Positions 28,080-37,532 of a DNA stretch of 64,000 nucleotides are shown in pieces. This DNA is from a virus. Lineage: Duplodnaviria > Caudoviricetes. The DNA lies in IMG/VR virus record IMGVR_UViG_3300037781_000208, positions 18,840 through 82,839 of that record; one strand, given 5' to 3'. Below the pieces are notes generated by a model. The model searched no databases, had not been told where the DNA came from, and worked only from the letters and a program-made list of their open reading frames with translations. Each line of letters opens with the position of its first letter. Positions within the stretch are counted from its first letter, which is position 1. The position numbers and the translations under genes are program-made.

Positions 28080-30839
28080 TCAACTGTGGGAAAGCGTCGG
28101 GACGAGTTCTTCGGCTTTCAGCCGGATCTCCTGCCATGTGGGAGAGCGGCCTGTGCCCCGATAGAAGGTGCGTTGCCAGGTCCGCATCTTTTCCTGAAAA
28201 TCGCAGTGGAGCTTTCCGATATGGGTCAGGGCTCCGGCTCCGTCGACCTGGGAAGAATCCTCCCGGTCTCCGGTGCCATCAAGGCTCTGCCATGCGTATT
28301 TCCAATGAAGGATAAATTCCAGGCCGGACCCGTCCCATTCGAAAAGCTTGGACCACAGGTCTTTGTAGAGCTGAGCATGATCCGCATCCGAAAGGGTGTC
28401 GCGGTTGATGTTGTATTCCGAGATGAACATCCGCGGACCCGACTGTGGTCCCCCCTGTTCGGGAAGTTTCGATTCGACGAGATTGAGTGCCTGATGGATC
28501 TCGGATTCGGTCATTGTCCGAAACTCATTGGCGGAGATGGACACATAATCGACTTTCGTGAGTGCGGGAAGAATCGAGTTGATGACTCCCCGGTTCCCAT
28601 CGACACCCCATGACAGCTTGTTGGTTTCACAATAGTTCCAGACTTCAACATCGGAGTCCGGCGTTGCGACCTTTCCCTGATCAATCCCATCCTGTCGGGC
28701 CTTTGTCCAAGCCGCATATCCAGCGATGTCCTGATCGGTGATGTTCGTGTCCGGGTTGGTGCTTCCGATACCTGCGAGCTGCCAGTCACCTTCCCAGTCA
28801 CCGAGGAAGAAACGACGCCCACTTCCCTTGTAGGTGTTTCGCAGGTAGACCGTGAAGGCATACCATTCGTTCCTGACGGTGTCCTGATAACCTTGCGTTG
28901 TAGGGAGATTAAACCGCCAGTCTCCAACTCCCAAGGTGTACGCCCAAAGGACCATGTCGGGGAATGGGATGTCGAGAATCGCCTTCGCCACCGGGTTGTC
29001 GCGCGCCAGTTCGGTAAGGGAATTGATGTCCGGGTCGACCGTGGTCTGAAGCGTCGCGTCTGTCGTCCCGTAGTCTGTGGGCCCAAGGCCAATTTTGAAA
29101 ACGGAAGCTCCCCGCTGGTAAGCGAGTTTCGCACAGTCAAGGGTGAGTTGACGGTCCTCCCCAAAGCCAAAATCGAGGTCATCAGCGCCGTCAAAATTCC
29201 CGATTTGCGCGGCCCCTAAAATGCAATTCACCCGGTCAACCGGATCGGAAACATCAACCTCGATCGCGTCTATGCGATGATCCCTTGTCAGGGAGCGGGT
29301 AACCTGCGCCCGCTCCGCATCCGATAGGACCCGGTTGAAGATAAGGACTTCGCGGATTTCGACAAAAGGATGTTCCTGGTTCCCGTTGGCGCCAATCGAA
29401 AGGAGGTTTCCAATCGGCATCTCCGATACGGAAGAACAAAGGACGTTGAACCCTTCCTTGACATATGCGCCCCCAGTGGAGGCAGGACGACCATTGATGA
29501 ATTCCTCGGCAGTGATGTAGGCTTGAGGCACGGTTCCGACCACAGAGACTCCGGATGCCTCGTGCACCCCGATTTGAAGGAGCGTCACCGTTCCGGAAGT
29601 GACCCGAAGCCGCAAAGATTCGCGTTCACGAACGACAAAGGGCCGGTCCACGGTAGAGAGCTTCGCAATGCGCGTGTTGAATCCTCCACTTCCCTGATAG
29701 ACCGATAGGAAGTCCCAATCCGCAATGACAGTGTCCTTGACCGCCCCATCGACATCGAGGAGTTCAATCGTAACTTCCTCACCACTTGCCACTCCGCCAA
29801 AGACGACGTGCTGCACCTCGACCGGACGGCTCCATTGAAATGTGAGCGAGTCGCCGCTTGCAGCGTCAAGGGTTCCATTTCCACTTGGGCCGGCGGTGAT
29901 TCCGATCGCTCCGGTAAGAAAGGCACTGTTTAAGTTGGGGTCCACTTTGCCGGTTGTATAGTCGACAAGGGTCATCGTCAGCTTGTCGCTTGAGAGCGGA
30001 ACATCTTGTCCTTGGAGCGGCGTTGCATTCCATCCAGTGAACAAAACCTGATAATCCTCGGACCAGCCGTCACCCTCATCGGGAGGAGTCGCAGGATCTC
30101 CACCAAAGAGATACTTTTTGCGAATCGAAGGCCCACGGATCTTTAATTCCAGACGGTTCTCCGAAATTTCATCGGTTGTGAGAAGGGCCTGATCCAGAAG
30201 AGCCTGGGAGAAGGCTCGGGCAAGCAGGTTGTTTTCCGCCTGCCGAAACACCATGAAGATGGTCGCCTGGGGACCGACTGAAAGATCAGTGACGTAGAAA
30301 TCGGGATTCAGGAAGCGCCGGAATTTGATGGCAGCCTTTCCACTTTCATCCGGTGCAAGATAAGCCGCCGTCCCGACGATGGTATTCTCGTTCTCGGAAT
30401 TCTCGACGATGTCAGCGAGGCTTGCCCCGTCAGCAAGTACCGGGAGTGCATCAGCCTTCAAATGGAAAATCAATCCACTCTCGATGAGGGCATCCGAAAG
30501 GATGTTCGTCCGCATTTTGAGCGTTTTCAGAAGCGAAGCCGGTAGGATTGAAGCGGCGACAGGGTTGAGATTCTTTTCGGACCCGCTCGCCTGGGTGTTT
30601 GCCGGGGACAATACAAGCGTATTCTCGGATCCAGCAGGAAGATCGTTTGCGGCGGGAGGATTGTTCGTGTTCGTGGGTCCTGCGGGCAGGACATTCGATG
30701 AAGGCGCAAATACCTCACTGACCGTTTCAGAATCGTTATCGGTGTCCGTCGTAGGCGTGCTGACGGTGGGCTCGATGGAGTTGGTCGGCCCGGTGGGCTT
30801 CGTGGAGGCCTCTCCATGTAGATTGTTGAGCGTGGTCAT
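28080..30839 (-). CDS. Large (919 aa) probable virion carbohydrate-binding / glycoside-hydrolase-like protein
   Basis: T/P/N/S-rich N-terminus; LamG-like EIREVLIFNRVLSDAER; C-terminal TIM-barrel-like region with FFLGDWEGDW. Confidence 0.55.
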   Translation of the reverse strand: MTTLNNLHGEASTKPTGPTNSIEPTVSTPTTDTDNDSETVSEVFAPSSNVLPAGPTNTNNPPAANDLPAGSENTLVLSPANTQASGSEKNLNPVAASILPASLLKTLKMRTNILSDALIESGLIFHLKADALPVLADGASLADIVENSENENTIVGTAAYLAPDESGKAAIKFRRFLNPDFYVTDLSVGPQATIFMVFRQAENNLLARAFSQALLDQALLTTDEISENRLELKIRGPSIRKKYLFGGDPATPPDEGDGWSEDYQVLFTGWNATPLQGQDVPLSSDKLTMTLVDYTTGKVDPNLNSAFLTGAIGITAGPSGNGTLDAASGDSLTFQWSRPVEVQHVVFGGVASGEEVTIELLDVDGAVKDTVIADWDFLSVYQGSGGFNTRIAKLSTVDRPFVVRERESLRLRVTSGTVTLLQIGVHEASGVSVVGTVPQAYITAEEFINGRPASTGGAYVKEGFNVLCSSVSEMPIGNLLSIGANGNQEHPFVEIREVLIFNRVLSDAERAQVTRSLTRDHRIDAIEVDVSDPVDRVNCILGAAQIGNFDGADDLDFGFGEDRQLTLDCAKLAYQRGASVFKIGLGPTDYGTTDATLQTTVDPDINSLTELARDNPVAKAILDIPFPDMVLWAYTLGVGDWRFNLPTTQGYQDTVRNEWYAFTVYLRNTYKGSGRRFFLGDWEGDWQLAGIGSTNPDTNITDQDIAGYAAWTKARQDGIDQGKVATPDSDVEVWNYCETNKLSWGVDGNRGVINSILPALTKVDYVSISANEFRTMTESEIHQALNLVESKLPEQGGPQSGPRMFISEYNINRDTLSDADHAQLYKDLWSKLFEWDGSGLEFILHWKYAWQSLDGTGDREDSSQVDGAGALTHIGKLHCDFQEKMRTWQRTFYRGTGRSPTWQEIRLKAEELVPTLSHS

Positions 30840-30885
30840 GTCATCAGGCGTGAGTGGGATTCAAGAGGAATGAATCTCAGCCTCC

Positions 30886-31428
30886 TCACGCATCCTTGCG
30901 CAGGTAAACCGTTCCGAGCGGCGAGAGCACATCGACCTTCAACTCGTATTCGCTGAAATCCTCTCCAAGGGAGAAGTCCCCCTCGAAGCGCACAATGCAG
31001 TGGAAGTCCTTGTGCATAAAGCGTGGGTCGGTCTGACTCTGGTTATCCCACATGCGGATACGGGCGAAGCCCTGGAGGCTCTGCGGTTGGCCGAAGGGAG
31101 TGAAGGTTTCATAGTCGGGATTCGTGCCGGTGTCCGCTCCCTGGGATGCGTAGAAGAGTGCCATGGCCGCCCGTTTTTCGAACTCGTCGAGCTTGATCTT
31201 ATAGCCTTTGCGCAACTGGGTGGTAACGGAGCGGTCAAGGATGCGGATGCCGCGATAGCTCCCGAAGTGGTCCTTCACTTCCTGCTCATTCATCACCGTG
31301 ACCTCTTTGACGTTTCCAAAGGCTGCTGCGGCAGCATCATAATCGCTTTCATTGGCGGGGGCGGCGGTTGCCCCGATGATGAGGGAGAAGTCTCCGGTTC
31401 CGACAAGAGTGAGATTTGGATTATTCAT
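30886..31428 (-). CDS. Major tail tube protein
   Basis: 180 aa; FGNVKEV...DHFGSYRG...GYKIKLDEF; typical position. Confidence 0.7.
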   Translation of the reverse strand: MNNPNLTLVGTGDFSLIIGATAAPANESDYDAAAAAFGNVKEVTVMNEQEVKDHFGSYRGIRILDRSVTTQLRKGYKIKLDEFEKRAAMALFYASQGADTGTNPDYETFTPFGQPQSLQGFARIRMWDNQSQTDPRFMHKDFHCIVRFEGDFSLGEDFSEYELKVDVLSPLGTVYLRKDA

Positions 31429-31864
31429 GGACGGGCTGGATGGTTAAAACCTTGAAGTTGCAGAAGTAGACCACCAGACCGCCATCGAGGGGCCCGGCTT
31501 CGTAGGCGGGGGTGTCAACCGTGAGCACATTCTGGAGTCCCCGCTGGGTCGGCCAGTTCGCCTGATGGAGCCATTGCAGGACCTCTTCCACGCACTGCAG
31601 GCAGGTTTTGCCGGTCTGGTTGGTGGCGGGATTCTCCAAGACACTCACCATAACGATATTCTCAAGGTAGAGCCGCGGACCCTTGCCGCCTGCCGGCCCC
31701 CCGGAAGCCTGTGTCACGACAAGGCAGATGCCGGTTTCCCGCAGGGCTGTTTCGAGCTTCGAGTTGAAGGATTCCTCCACAGTCGAGAGGATCTCAATTC
31801 CCGCGAAAAAGGCGTTCTGCCCGAGTGTGGTGATAATGTGCGAGATGACTTCCGAAAGCCTCAT
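31421..31864 (-). CDS. Tail terminator / completion protein
   Basis: 147 aa, directly upstream of the tail tube gene. Confidence 0.6.
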   Translation of the reverse strand: MRLSEVISHIITTLGQNAFFAGIEILSTVEESFNSKLETALRETGICLVVTQASGGPAGGKGPRLYLENIVMVSVLENPATNQTGKTCLQCVEEVLQWLHQANWPTQRGLQNVLTVDTPAYEAGPLDGGLVVYFCNFKVLTIQPVHE

Positions 31865-32238
31865 GCCGGAGAAGGCATGTCAACGTGGCAGCCTCTATCC
31901 TCGTAAGGGCATGCGTGGCGCAGGACCGGCATACGTGGCAACGCACTCATTGGGATGTAATGCTCACCTTCACGAAGCTGTCTCCGCGTGCAAAGGGCCC
32001 AATGGCCACAGGGGTGCCAGTAAAGCACCTGCGCCTCTCCTGCCTCCACCTCAGTCGCCACTCTCGGGACCAGATGCACCGGGGCGATCGTCGGCCTGAC
32101 CTTCTCTTTGAGATTCGTCCATATCCATGCGGCGCGGGAGAAGTTGTAGCTGTTCGCCGTGTTGATCGGTGAAACCCGCTGGCAGAGCTGCCCGTCCAGC
32201 ATGAACCAGCCACCAACCTGAATGTCGTCAAAAATCAT
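31861..32238 (-). CDS. Hypothetical protein (start reassigned to MIFDDIQ at 32238)
   Basis: ATGA overlap with the upstream gene; the longer ORF-track start overlaps a real gene. Confidence 0.5.
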   Translation of the reverse strand: MIFDDIQVGGWFMLDGQLCQRVSPINTANSYNFSRAAWIWTNLKEKVRPTIAPVHLVPRVATEVEAGEAQVLYWHPCGHWALCTRRQLREGEHYIPMSALPRMPVLRHACPYEDRGCHVDMPSPA

Positions 32239-32813
32239 GACGGCAGAGTCCTTCGGACAATGTTCATGAATTGCTCCTTCTGCTTTCGGGCAATGTAACC
32301 GCGCATGTCCCGGACCTGTGCCTGCATCGCCTTGCTGACCAATGCCCGCTTCTGGTTCTGGATCATCACACCGGAGAGATAGCTGGTCAGTCGTACCCTC
32401 GGACGGCGCTGCCCCTTGGCCGTGCGTACGATGGCCGCTCCAATCGCCGTCTTGGCCCGCGACAGCGCCTTGAAGAAGCCGGTCTGGCCATCCCGTTTGG
32501 AACGCCACTCCCGGAAAAGCCAACTGGCACTGAGCCACCCGATAGAGCGTTTTCGGGCGGCAATCTCCTGCTTCACCGAAAGCGTCTTGCCCTTCTTGTT
32601 CTTTCGTCTCCGGATGGCGTAATTGCGTGAGGCCGCCTCCTGCTCAATGCGTTCCTTGCTCGGGGCTATCGCCTTGAATTGTCGATACAACTCAAACCGA
32701 AGCCGCTTGGCCCTGGACTCAATCAACGGTCCCAGTTCCCGCTGGTTGTAGCGGGTGTATTCGCGCAAGGTCCTCTGGAAAGCCCGCACGTCCCTGGCTG
32801 AACCCGCATTCAT
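32235..32813 (-). CDS. Basic neck / tail-completion protein
   Basis: Arg-rich, 192 aa; position between head closure and terminator genes. Confidence 0.6.
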   Translation of the reverse strand: MNAGSARDVRAFQRTLREYTRYNQRELGPLIESRAKRLRFELYRQFKAIAPSKERIEQEAASRNYAIRRRKNKKGKTLSVKQEIAARKRSIGWLSASWLFREWRSKRDGQTGFFKALSRAKTAIGAAIVRTAKGQRRPRVRLTSYLSGVMIQNQKRALVSKAMQAQVRDMRGYIARKQKEQFMNIVRRTLPS

Positions 32814-33067
32814 AGCTTTCCCATGAACTTAAGCACCGCGATGACACCCACGGCAATCGCCGGAATGGAGGTCGCCACCCAGAAGAAGCGCAGGAGGATA
32901 TCCATCTTTCGTCGCAGGTCGTTGATGGCTGCCCGCAAACCATTGTCGCCCCGCTGACCCCAAAGCGTGACCTCAAGCGTCGTCACACGGTGATCCATTT
33001 TGGCGAACCGTTCAGCCACCTTCTCGCGACAGATGTCGCAGTCCTTTTTCAATTCATCCGGGCTCAT
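32810..33067 (-). CDS. Small coiled-coil + C-terminal TM protein (XhlA / holin-like)
   Basis: RVTTLEVTLWGQRGDNGL...FFWVATSIPAIAVGVIAVL; ATGA-coupled. Confidence 0.55.
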   Translation of the reverse strand: MSPDELKKDCDICREKVAERFAKMDHRVTTLEVTLWGQRGDNGLRAAINDLRRKMDILLRFFWVATSIPAIAVGVIAVLKFMGKL

Positions 33068-33378
33068 GGGTTCAAAACAGCGCATTCCACGCGGGCGATC
33101 AGTGAATTGGGGCTACGGTGCAGACGAGTCACCCGGTAAAGGAATCCATCCTCATCAGTGAGGCTCGCCCCGACCTTTAGGGCATCGGAGGGGATTTCAG
33201 AACGGAAGGCGGAAACCAGCACGCTGTCATCATCAGATGGAGTAAGGTCATATTCCTCACTCTCCGGTTGCAGTCGCTTAACGAGTCCCCGGAACGCTGT
33301 TACGCCATGCGTGAAGGTGCGACCGGTCGCTTCCAGTAATTCCTCGAATCCCTCCAATTGATCGGTGGTGTGACTCAT
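33064..33378 (-). CDS. Head closure / head-tail adaptor (lambda FII-like)
   Basis: 104 aa beta-rich protein just after the capsid gene. Confidence 0.6.
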   Translation of the reverse strand: MSHTTDQLEGFEELLEATGRTFTHGVTAFRGLVKRLQPESEEYDLTPSDDDSVLVSAFRSEIPSDALKVGASLTDEDGFLYRVTRLHRSPNSLIARVECAVLNP

Positions 33379-33403
33379 GTCTGCAAGAGCCTGTCAACCG
33401 GTC

Positions 33404-33438
33404 AAAGAAAGAGGCCCCACCGTCGCCAGTGGAGCCTC
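33404..33438 (-). terminator. Intrinsic terminator after the major capsid gene
   Basis: GAGGCTCCAC-TGGCGACG-GTGGGGCCTC followed by TTTCTTT. Confidence 0.75.
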
Positions 33439-33472
33439 GCAGGTGCTCGAACCGCAAGCTCGTTCAAATTGA

Positions 33473-34375
33473 TCAGGCAACGTCCTCGATGCGGAGAATA
33501 CCATCGGTGATGGCGGTGCGCCGGCCATAGACACACTCGAAAGCGGCGATTTCCTTGCCGGAGTCGTTGTCGTAGAAACGCCGGTACCCGATGGTGATTC
33601 CGGTCTCGGGATCCGTGACGGCTCCCGTTTCCAGGTAGGACTCCGGGCGCAGCGGTTGCAGGTAGCGCATCGCCACAGCCAGTCCCTTCGGATGTGCCAC
33701 AAAACCGACGAGATTCTCCGTGTTGTCCGGCATGATGGTCGTCTCATAGACATCAAAGCCGTAGATGCGCGGGATGCGGGCCTCCATCAGAGAGGGAGCA
33801 CTCATCTGCGCGAGGTAGCTCTGGGAGACCTTGGGATCGCCCAGCAAATTCGTGTAGTAGGCGTCGTTGATGATGAGGGCACGTGAAGCCACCGGCATGT
33901 TCTTGGCCGCACAGGCACCACGCAAAGAGAGAACCGTGGAGGCATCGAAGTCGGCGGCGGCCACCGCAGGGATCCCAGCCGCACCGTAGTTGGCGATGGT
34001 GACGATGTTCCAGATGTCCGTGAGAACATCCTCGGCCAACTGCCGGGCCTTTTCCTCGGCCAGGCGTTCCATGGTGGGCCAACTGGATTCACTCACTTCC
34101 TTGTCCGTCAGGTGCAGGGACTGAACCTTGTGGCGGTCCAGAACGACCGGCAGCGAATTGACGTTCGAATCCATGTTCTCCGAGTAGCTCCCCGCAAAGT
34201 CGTAGGAGGCGCCAGCGGCACCGACCACCGGCACATTCACCGTCTTCCCGCGTTCAATGAACTCGCTGGAAAAGTCGGTCGAGAACGCACGCAGGGGCGT
34301 GAGGGCGGCGACAAAGGTTTTGAGAAACTTGTCCGCAATGCGGATGTCCTGAAGATTGGTGAGGGTGTTGGCCAT
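33473..34375 (-). CDS. Major capsid protein
   Basis: 300 aa; GKTVNVP, LDRHK, ALIIN..YY.NLL, RIYGFDVYE, AFECVYG; follows protease and scaffold genes. Confidence 0.88.
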   Translation of the reverse strand: MANTLTNLQDIRIADKFLKTFVAALTPLRAFSTDFSSEFIERGKTVNVPVVGAAGASYDFAGSYSENMDSNVNSLPVVLDRHKVQSLHLTDKEVSESSWPTMERLAEEKARQLAEDVLTDIWNIVTIANYGAAGIPAVAAADFDASTVLSLRGACAAKNMPVASRALIINDAYYTNLLGDPKVSQSYLAQMSAPSLMEARIPRIYGFDVYETTIMPDNTENLVGFVAHPKGLAVAMRYLQPLRPESYLETGAVTDPETGITIGYRRFYDNDSGKEIAAFECVYGRRTAITDGILRIEDVA

Positions 34376-34404
34376 GACTGGTTCTTGATGTCAACTGTTG
34401 AGGG

Positions 34405-34872
34405 TTACTTGCCGATGAGGGCGTCGCGGTGCTTGCGGAAGAAAGCGGTTTTCTTTGCCGGATCGGTGATGGCGTTGAACTGCTCAAGGAGATCGGCCTG
34501 CTTCGCATCGCCTGCTGGGGTCACCTGGACAGGATCCACTCCAACAGAGGCGCAGATTTCAGCGGCTTTGCTCTCCGCTTCTTTTGCTTCGGATTCCAAC
34601 TGCGCAATGCGGGCATCAGCTTCGGCCTGCTTCTCCTTTGCCTGGGCGAGGTCGTGGTCCAACTGCTTTTCCTTCTCGTGGGCAGCGTTCAGATCATTGG
34701 TCAGGGCCGTGATCTTCTGGTTGGCATCCTCCAGCATTTCACTGGCGGCGGTAAGATCGCCCCGGACGGCATCCAGCTCGTCAGCCGAGCTTTGATGGGC
34801 CGAGAGCAGATTGGCGTAAGCCTCGCGTGCTTGGGCGAGTGTGTTCAGTTCTTCCGATGCGGCGAATTTCAT
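34405..34872 (-). CDS. Scaffolding-like coiled-coil protein
   Basis: Long Ala/Glu/Lys coiled coil between protease and capsid genes. Confidence 0.65.
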   Translation of the reverse strand: MKFAASEELNTLAQAREAYANLLSAHQSSADELDAVRGDLTAASEMLEDANQKITALTNDLNAAHEKEKQLDHDLAQAKEKQAEADARIAQLESEAKEAESKAAEICASVGVDPVQVTPAGDAKQADLLEQFNAITDPAKKTAFFRKHRDALIGK

Positions 34873-35696
34873 GCCTTCTTTGGCATGTCAACCAGACGCA
34901 GCAACTCGGCATAGGTATCGGCGTAACTGCCCACGTGATCCACGAGGTTTGCCTCCTTTGCTTTGCGACCAATAAAGGTCTGCCCGCGCATGGCATCCGG
35001 ACCGATGTTACGATGTTTCACGACATGATCGCGGAACTGCCCGAAATACTCATCCACCATTTCCTGTAGGTGTTCCCGGTGCGCGTCCGTGAATGATGGT
35101 GGCCAGGTTGCATCCTTCAGGTCGCCCCCGGTATGGGTGATGTAGGCGGGCTTCCAGCCGCGCTGTTCCCATGCCCCGGACACATCCACAAGGGGCAGGA
35201 TCGTTCCGATGCTTCCGACCTGCGCCGAGGGCGACATCGCAATAAAGTCCCCGGAAGCGGCCAGTGCATAGGCAGCCGAAGCTGCCAGTTCATCAATCCA
35301 TACGGCCTTCGGCTTTTTGATGCCGCTTAACATTTGGGCTGTCTCCACATTCCCGGCCGCCATGCCTCCAGGGGAATTTACGTGGAAGAGGAATCCCCGG
35401 GCGCCATCCTCGACAGCAATCTGGACTTCCTCCTCAATCTGCTCGTAACCGGTGTTTCCGCAGGAGCGTTCAATCTGGCTTAAGTGCCGTCCCAGGGTTC
35501 CCGTGATATGAACATGGGCGATTCCCTGCTCGTCGATCTCGGCATCCGGGCGGGGATTCACGAAGTCCGACAACTGAAGGTTCGAGGGATCCGCAAATAT
35601 CCTGCTCTGGAATATCTGGTGCAGGGCGAGCCATCCGTCACTGGTAATGTTCCATGGAGCGCGGTAAAGGGCGTTGGTGATGTGGGCGAGTCTCAT
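34869..35696 (-). CDS. S49 (SppA / ClpP-like) head maturation protease
   Basis: VNSPGG, AASAAYALAA, AQVGSIG, ANLVDHVG. Confidence 0.92.
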   Translation of the reverse strand: MRLAHITNALYRAPWNITSDGWLALHQIFQSRIFADPSNLQLSDFVNPRPDAEIDEQGIAHVHITGTLGRHLSQIERSCGNTGYEQIEEEVQIAVEDGARGFLFHVNSPGGMAAGNVETAQMLSGIKKPKAVWIDELAASAAYALAASGDFIAMSPSAQVGSIGTILPLVDVSGAWEQRGWKPAYITHTGGDLKDATWPPSFTDAHREHLQEMVDEYFGQFRDHVVKHRNIGPDAMRGQTFIGRKAKEANLVDHVGSYADTYAELLRLVDMPKKA

Positions 35697-35705
35697 GGCT
35701 GAAAT

Positions 35706-35775
35706 TGGGACGAGGGGCAGGAATCGAACCTGCGTTGTCGGGTTATGAGCCCGACCGAATCCATTTCACCCTCGC
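35706..35775 (-). tRNA. tRNA-Met(CAT)-like gene, 70 nt, shortened D-arm
   Basis: Acceptor GCGAGGG/CCCTCGT + C + CCA; anticodon arm TCGGG-CTCATAA-CCCGA; T-arm GCAGG-TTCGATT-CCTGC. Confidence 0.72.
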
Positions 35776-35896
35776 GCATCTTCATCCTTGGAGCTGTCAA
35801 CCAGCGCCCGAGCCTGCGGCATGGGTAAGTCCCCGAATGTCGAGAAGAAATTTCAGTCAAAATTGACTGATTTTCGGGCTTCTTATTCCAATTAAA

Positions 35897-36133
35897 ATGC
35901 CTTCTTTTCTGAGCATGAACTCAGCACAAAAGTCTGATTACCCGGATCCTTCCAAAGCCGTGCTAGGCTTTTCAAAAAGAGAGAAACTTTGGATTCCAGT
36001 ATTCTGGTCGCCCGAACACCAGTTCTGGTTCATGGAACTGGGAAGTGGTAATGTGGAATCATTTCCCCCCTCAGATATCATCGACTGGATGGATATGCCA
36101 AAGGCTCCAAAAGAATCAGTCCTTATAGGATAG
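35897..36133 (+). CDS. Small antisense-oriented moron ORF
   Basis: 78 aa, lower GC, fills the gap between the portal gene and the tRNA. Confidence 0.45.
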   Translation: MPSFLSMNSAQKSDYPDPSKAVLGFSKREKLWIPVFWSPEHQFWFMELGSGNVESFPPSDIIDWMDMPKAPKESVLIG

Positions 36134-37507
36134 GTTTGAGCCCTGCGGTTTGTAGAGCATTTCGGGAGGTACTCCGTATTTATTGGCAGCATCAATGATC
36201 GCTCTCGCATTCTGCCCCCGCTTTTCCAGCTCCTCCCGGAAATCCATGCCCAGTTCGGCGAAGTGATCGTCCAGGGTCTTAAGCCCTGTCTCCACATCTG
36301 CGCGATTTTGCTGGGCCTCCCGTCCGGCGTCGACTGTGATGCGTCGGGGCGTCACCCATGCCACCTTGTTCCAGCCCTTCTTGGGTTCCAACTCGCCACG
36401 GTCGATGGCATCCCCAATGACCCAGCCCCATGTGGGACGCAGGAATCGCTGGATGAGGATCAGTTGGCGATAGGAAAAGCGCCGGTCGGCCTTGGCGACA
36501 ATCAATCGGACTGAAGCTCCGCCAACCTTTGTCGGGTCGAGGACAAACTCATAAGGGAGAACGCCCGCACTGCTGTCCCGCTTCAAGTGCTCCAGGAATC
36601 CCGTGAAGACCGGGCTGGGTCGATGCGATTGGAAACTCTCCATGGATTCGCCTGGCTTCAAAGCCACCACCTTGCCCCCCACAATCTTTTGAATCGCAGT
36701 CGGATCACTCTGCTCGGCCAATTCACCCGTATCCGATGAGACCCGGAAATCCCCATCGTCCTCGAGTGTTCCCTCCTGACGCTTGATGATCCGGGATACA
36801 TCCTGATTGTCCTTAACTGCGTGCTTCTCCAGCGCGAGCATCTCCATTTCATCAAGAACGTGGTTGATCGAGTGCTGCATGGTCGGATGGCTGCGGGCGC
36901 CGCTGGCAAACTCCGGTTCAAAGACGTGCATCACCGCGTTGGCGTAAACCGGTCGGTAAGTGCCATCATCCTGCTGGACCATGTAAGCCAAGGGTGCCCC
37001 AAATTCATCGAAGAGCACTCCGTCAATGGATTCGGCATCATCGGCGCCGGACCCAACCCGGTGTGACTCAACCAACTGGATGCGGGCGCGGCCAAGGCGG
37101 TCGCGAACTTTCAGCACAAAGTATTCGCCGTCCACGTCGATGCCTCGGCAGACAAGGTTCTGGCATTCTTCGAAAGAGAATCGGTTCGTTACCTCCGGAC
37201 GGTTGCACCAGCGAAGAAAATACTGCTCTGCAGCGCGATTCCATTCGGGATCTTCGGTCTGCGCTTGTGGCCGGATTCCATCCCCGGTAGAGTAGATCGC
37301 CATGTCGCCCACCACTTCACGGGCAAATCCGCTGTTCTTGTTCAGGTACCGGCTCTTGCGCACCAGTTCACGCCGGGCGTGCGGGGTTAGTTCCTTTTTT
37401 GCATCGGTGGGCGCGGCTCCAGGGACCCGGGAACGGCGCGACGAGTAATTGGCCGCCTCGTAGGGGGAAATCGACAGGATGCGGGCAATGCGCTGGAGGA
37501 TCTTCAC
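36116..37507 (-). CDS. Portal protein, lambda family
   Basis: SRYLNKNSGFA, DGEYF..., VMHVFEP...RSHP, LKPGE......S.RP, SSAGVLPYE, W..PR...VDAGRE. Confidence 0.92.
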   Translation of the reverse strand: MKILQRIARILSISPYEAANYSSRRSRVPGAAPTDAKKELTPHARRELVRKSRYLNKNSGFAREVVGDMAIYSTGDGIRPQAQTEDPEWNRAAEQYFLRWCNRPEVTNRFSFEECQNLVCRGIDVDGEYFVLKVRDRLGRARIQLVESHRVGSGADDAESIDGVLFDEFGAPLAYMVQQDDGTYRPVYANAVMHVFEPEFASGARSHPTMQHSINHVLDEMEMLALEKHAVKDNQDVSRIIKRQEGTLEDDGDFRVSSDTGELAEQSDPTAIQKIVGGKVVALKPGESMESFQSHRPSPVFTGFLEHLKRDSSAGVLPYEFVLDPTKVGGASVRLIVAKADRRFSYRQLILIQRFLRPTWGWVIGDAIDRGELEPKKGWNKVAWVTPRRITVDAGREAQQNRADVETGLKTLDDHFAELGMDFREELEKRGQNARAIIDAANKYGVPPEMLYKPQGSNLSYKD

Positions 37508-37532
37508 GGCTCCGGCGCCATGTCAATCAGGA

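Noticed and set aside
31861-32538. ORF-track extended starts (e.g. 32538, 25106, 22406, 37910, 49073, 54173, 57527)
   Set aside because: The extensions overlap established upstream genes; downstream ATGs with ATGA coupling or an RBS were preferred.
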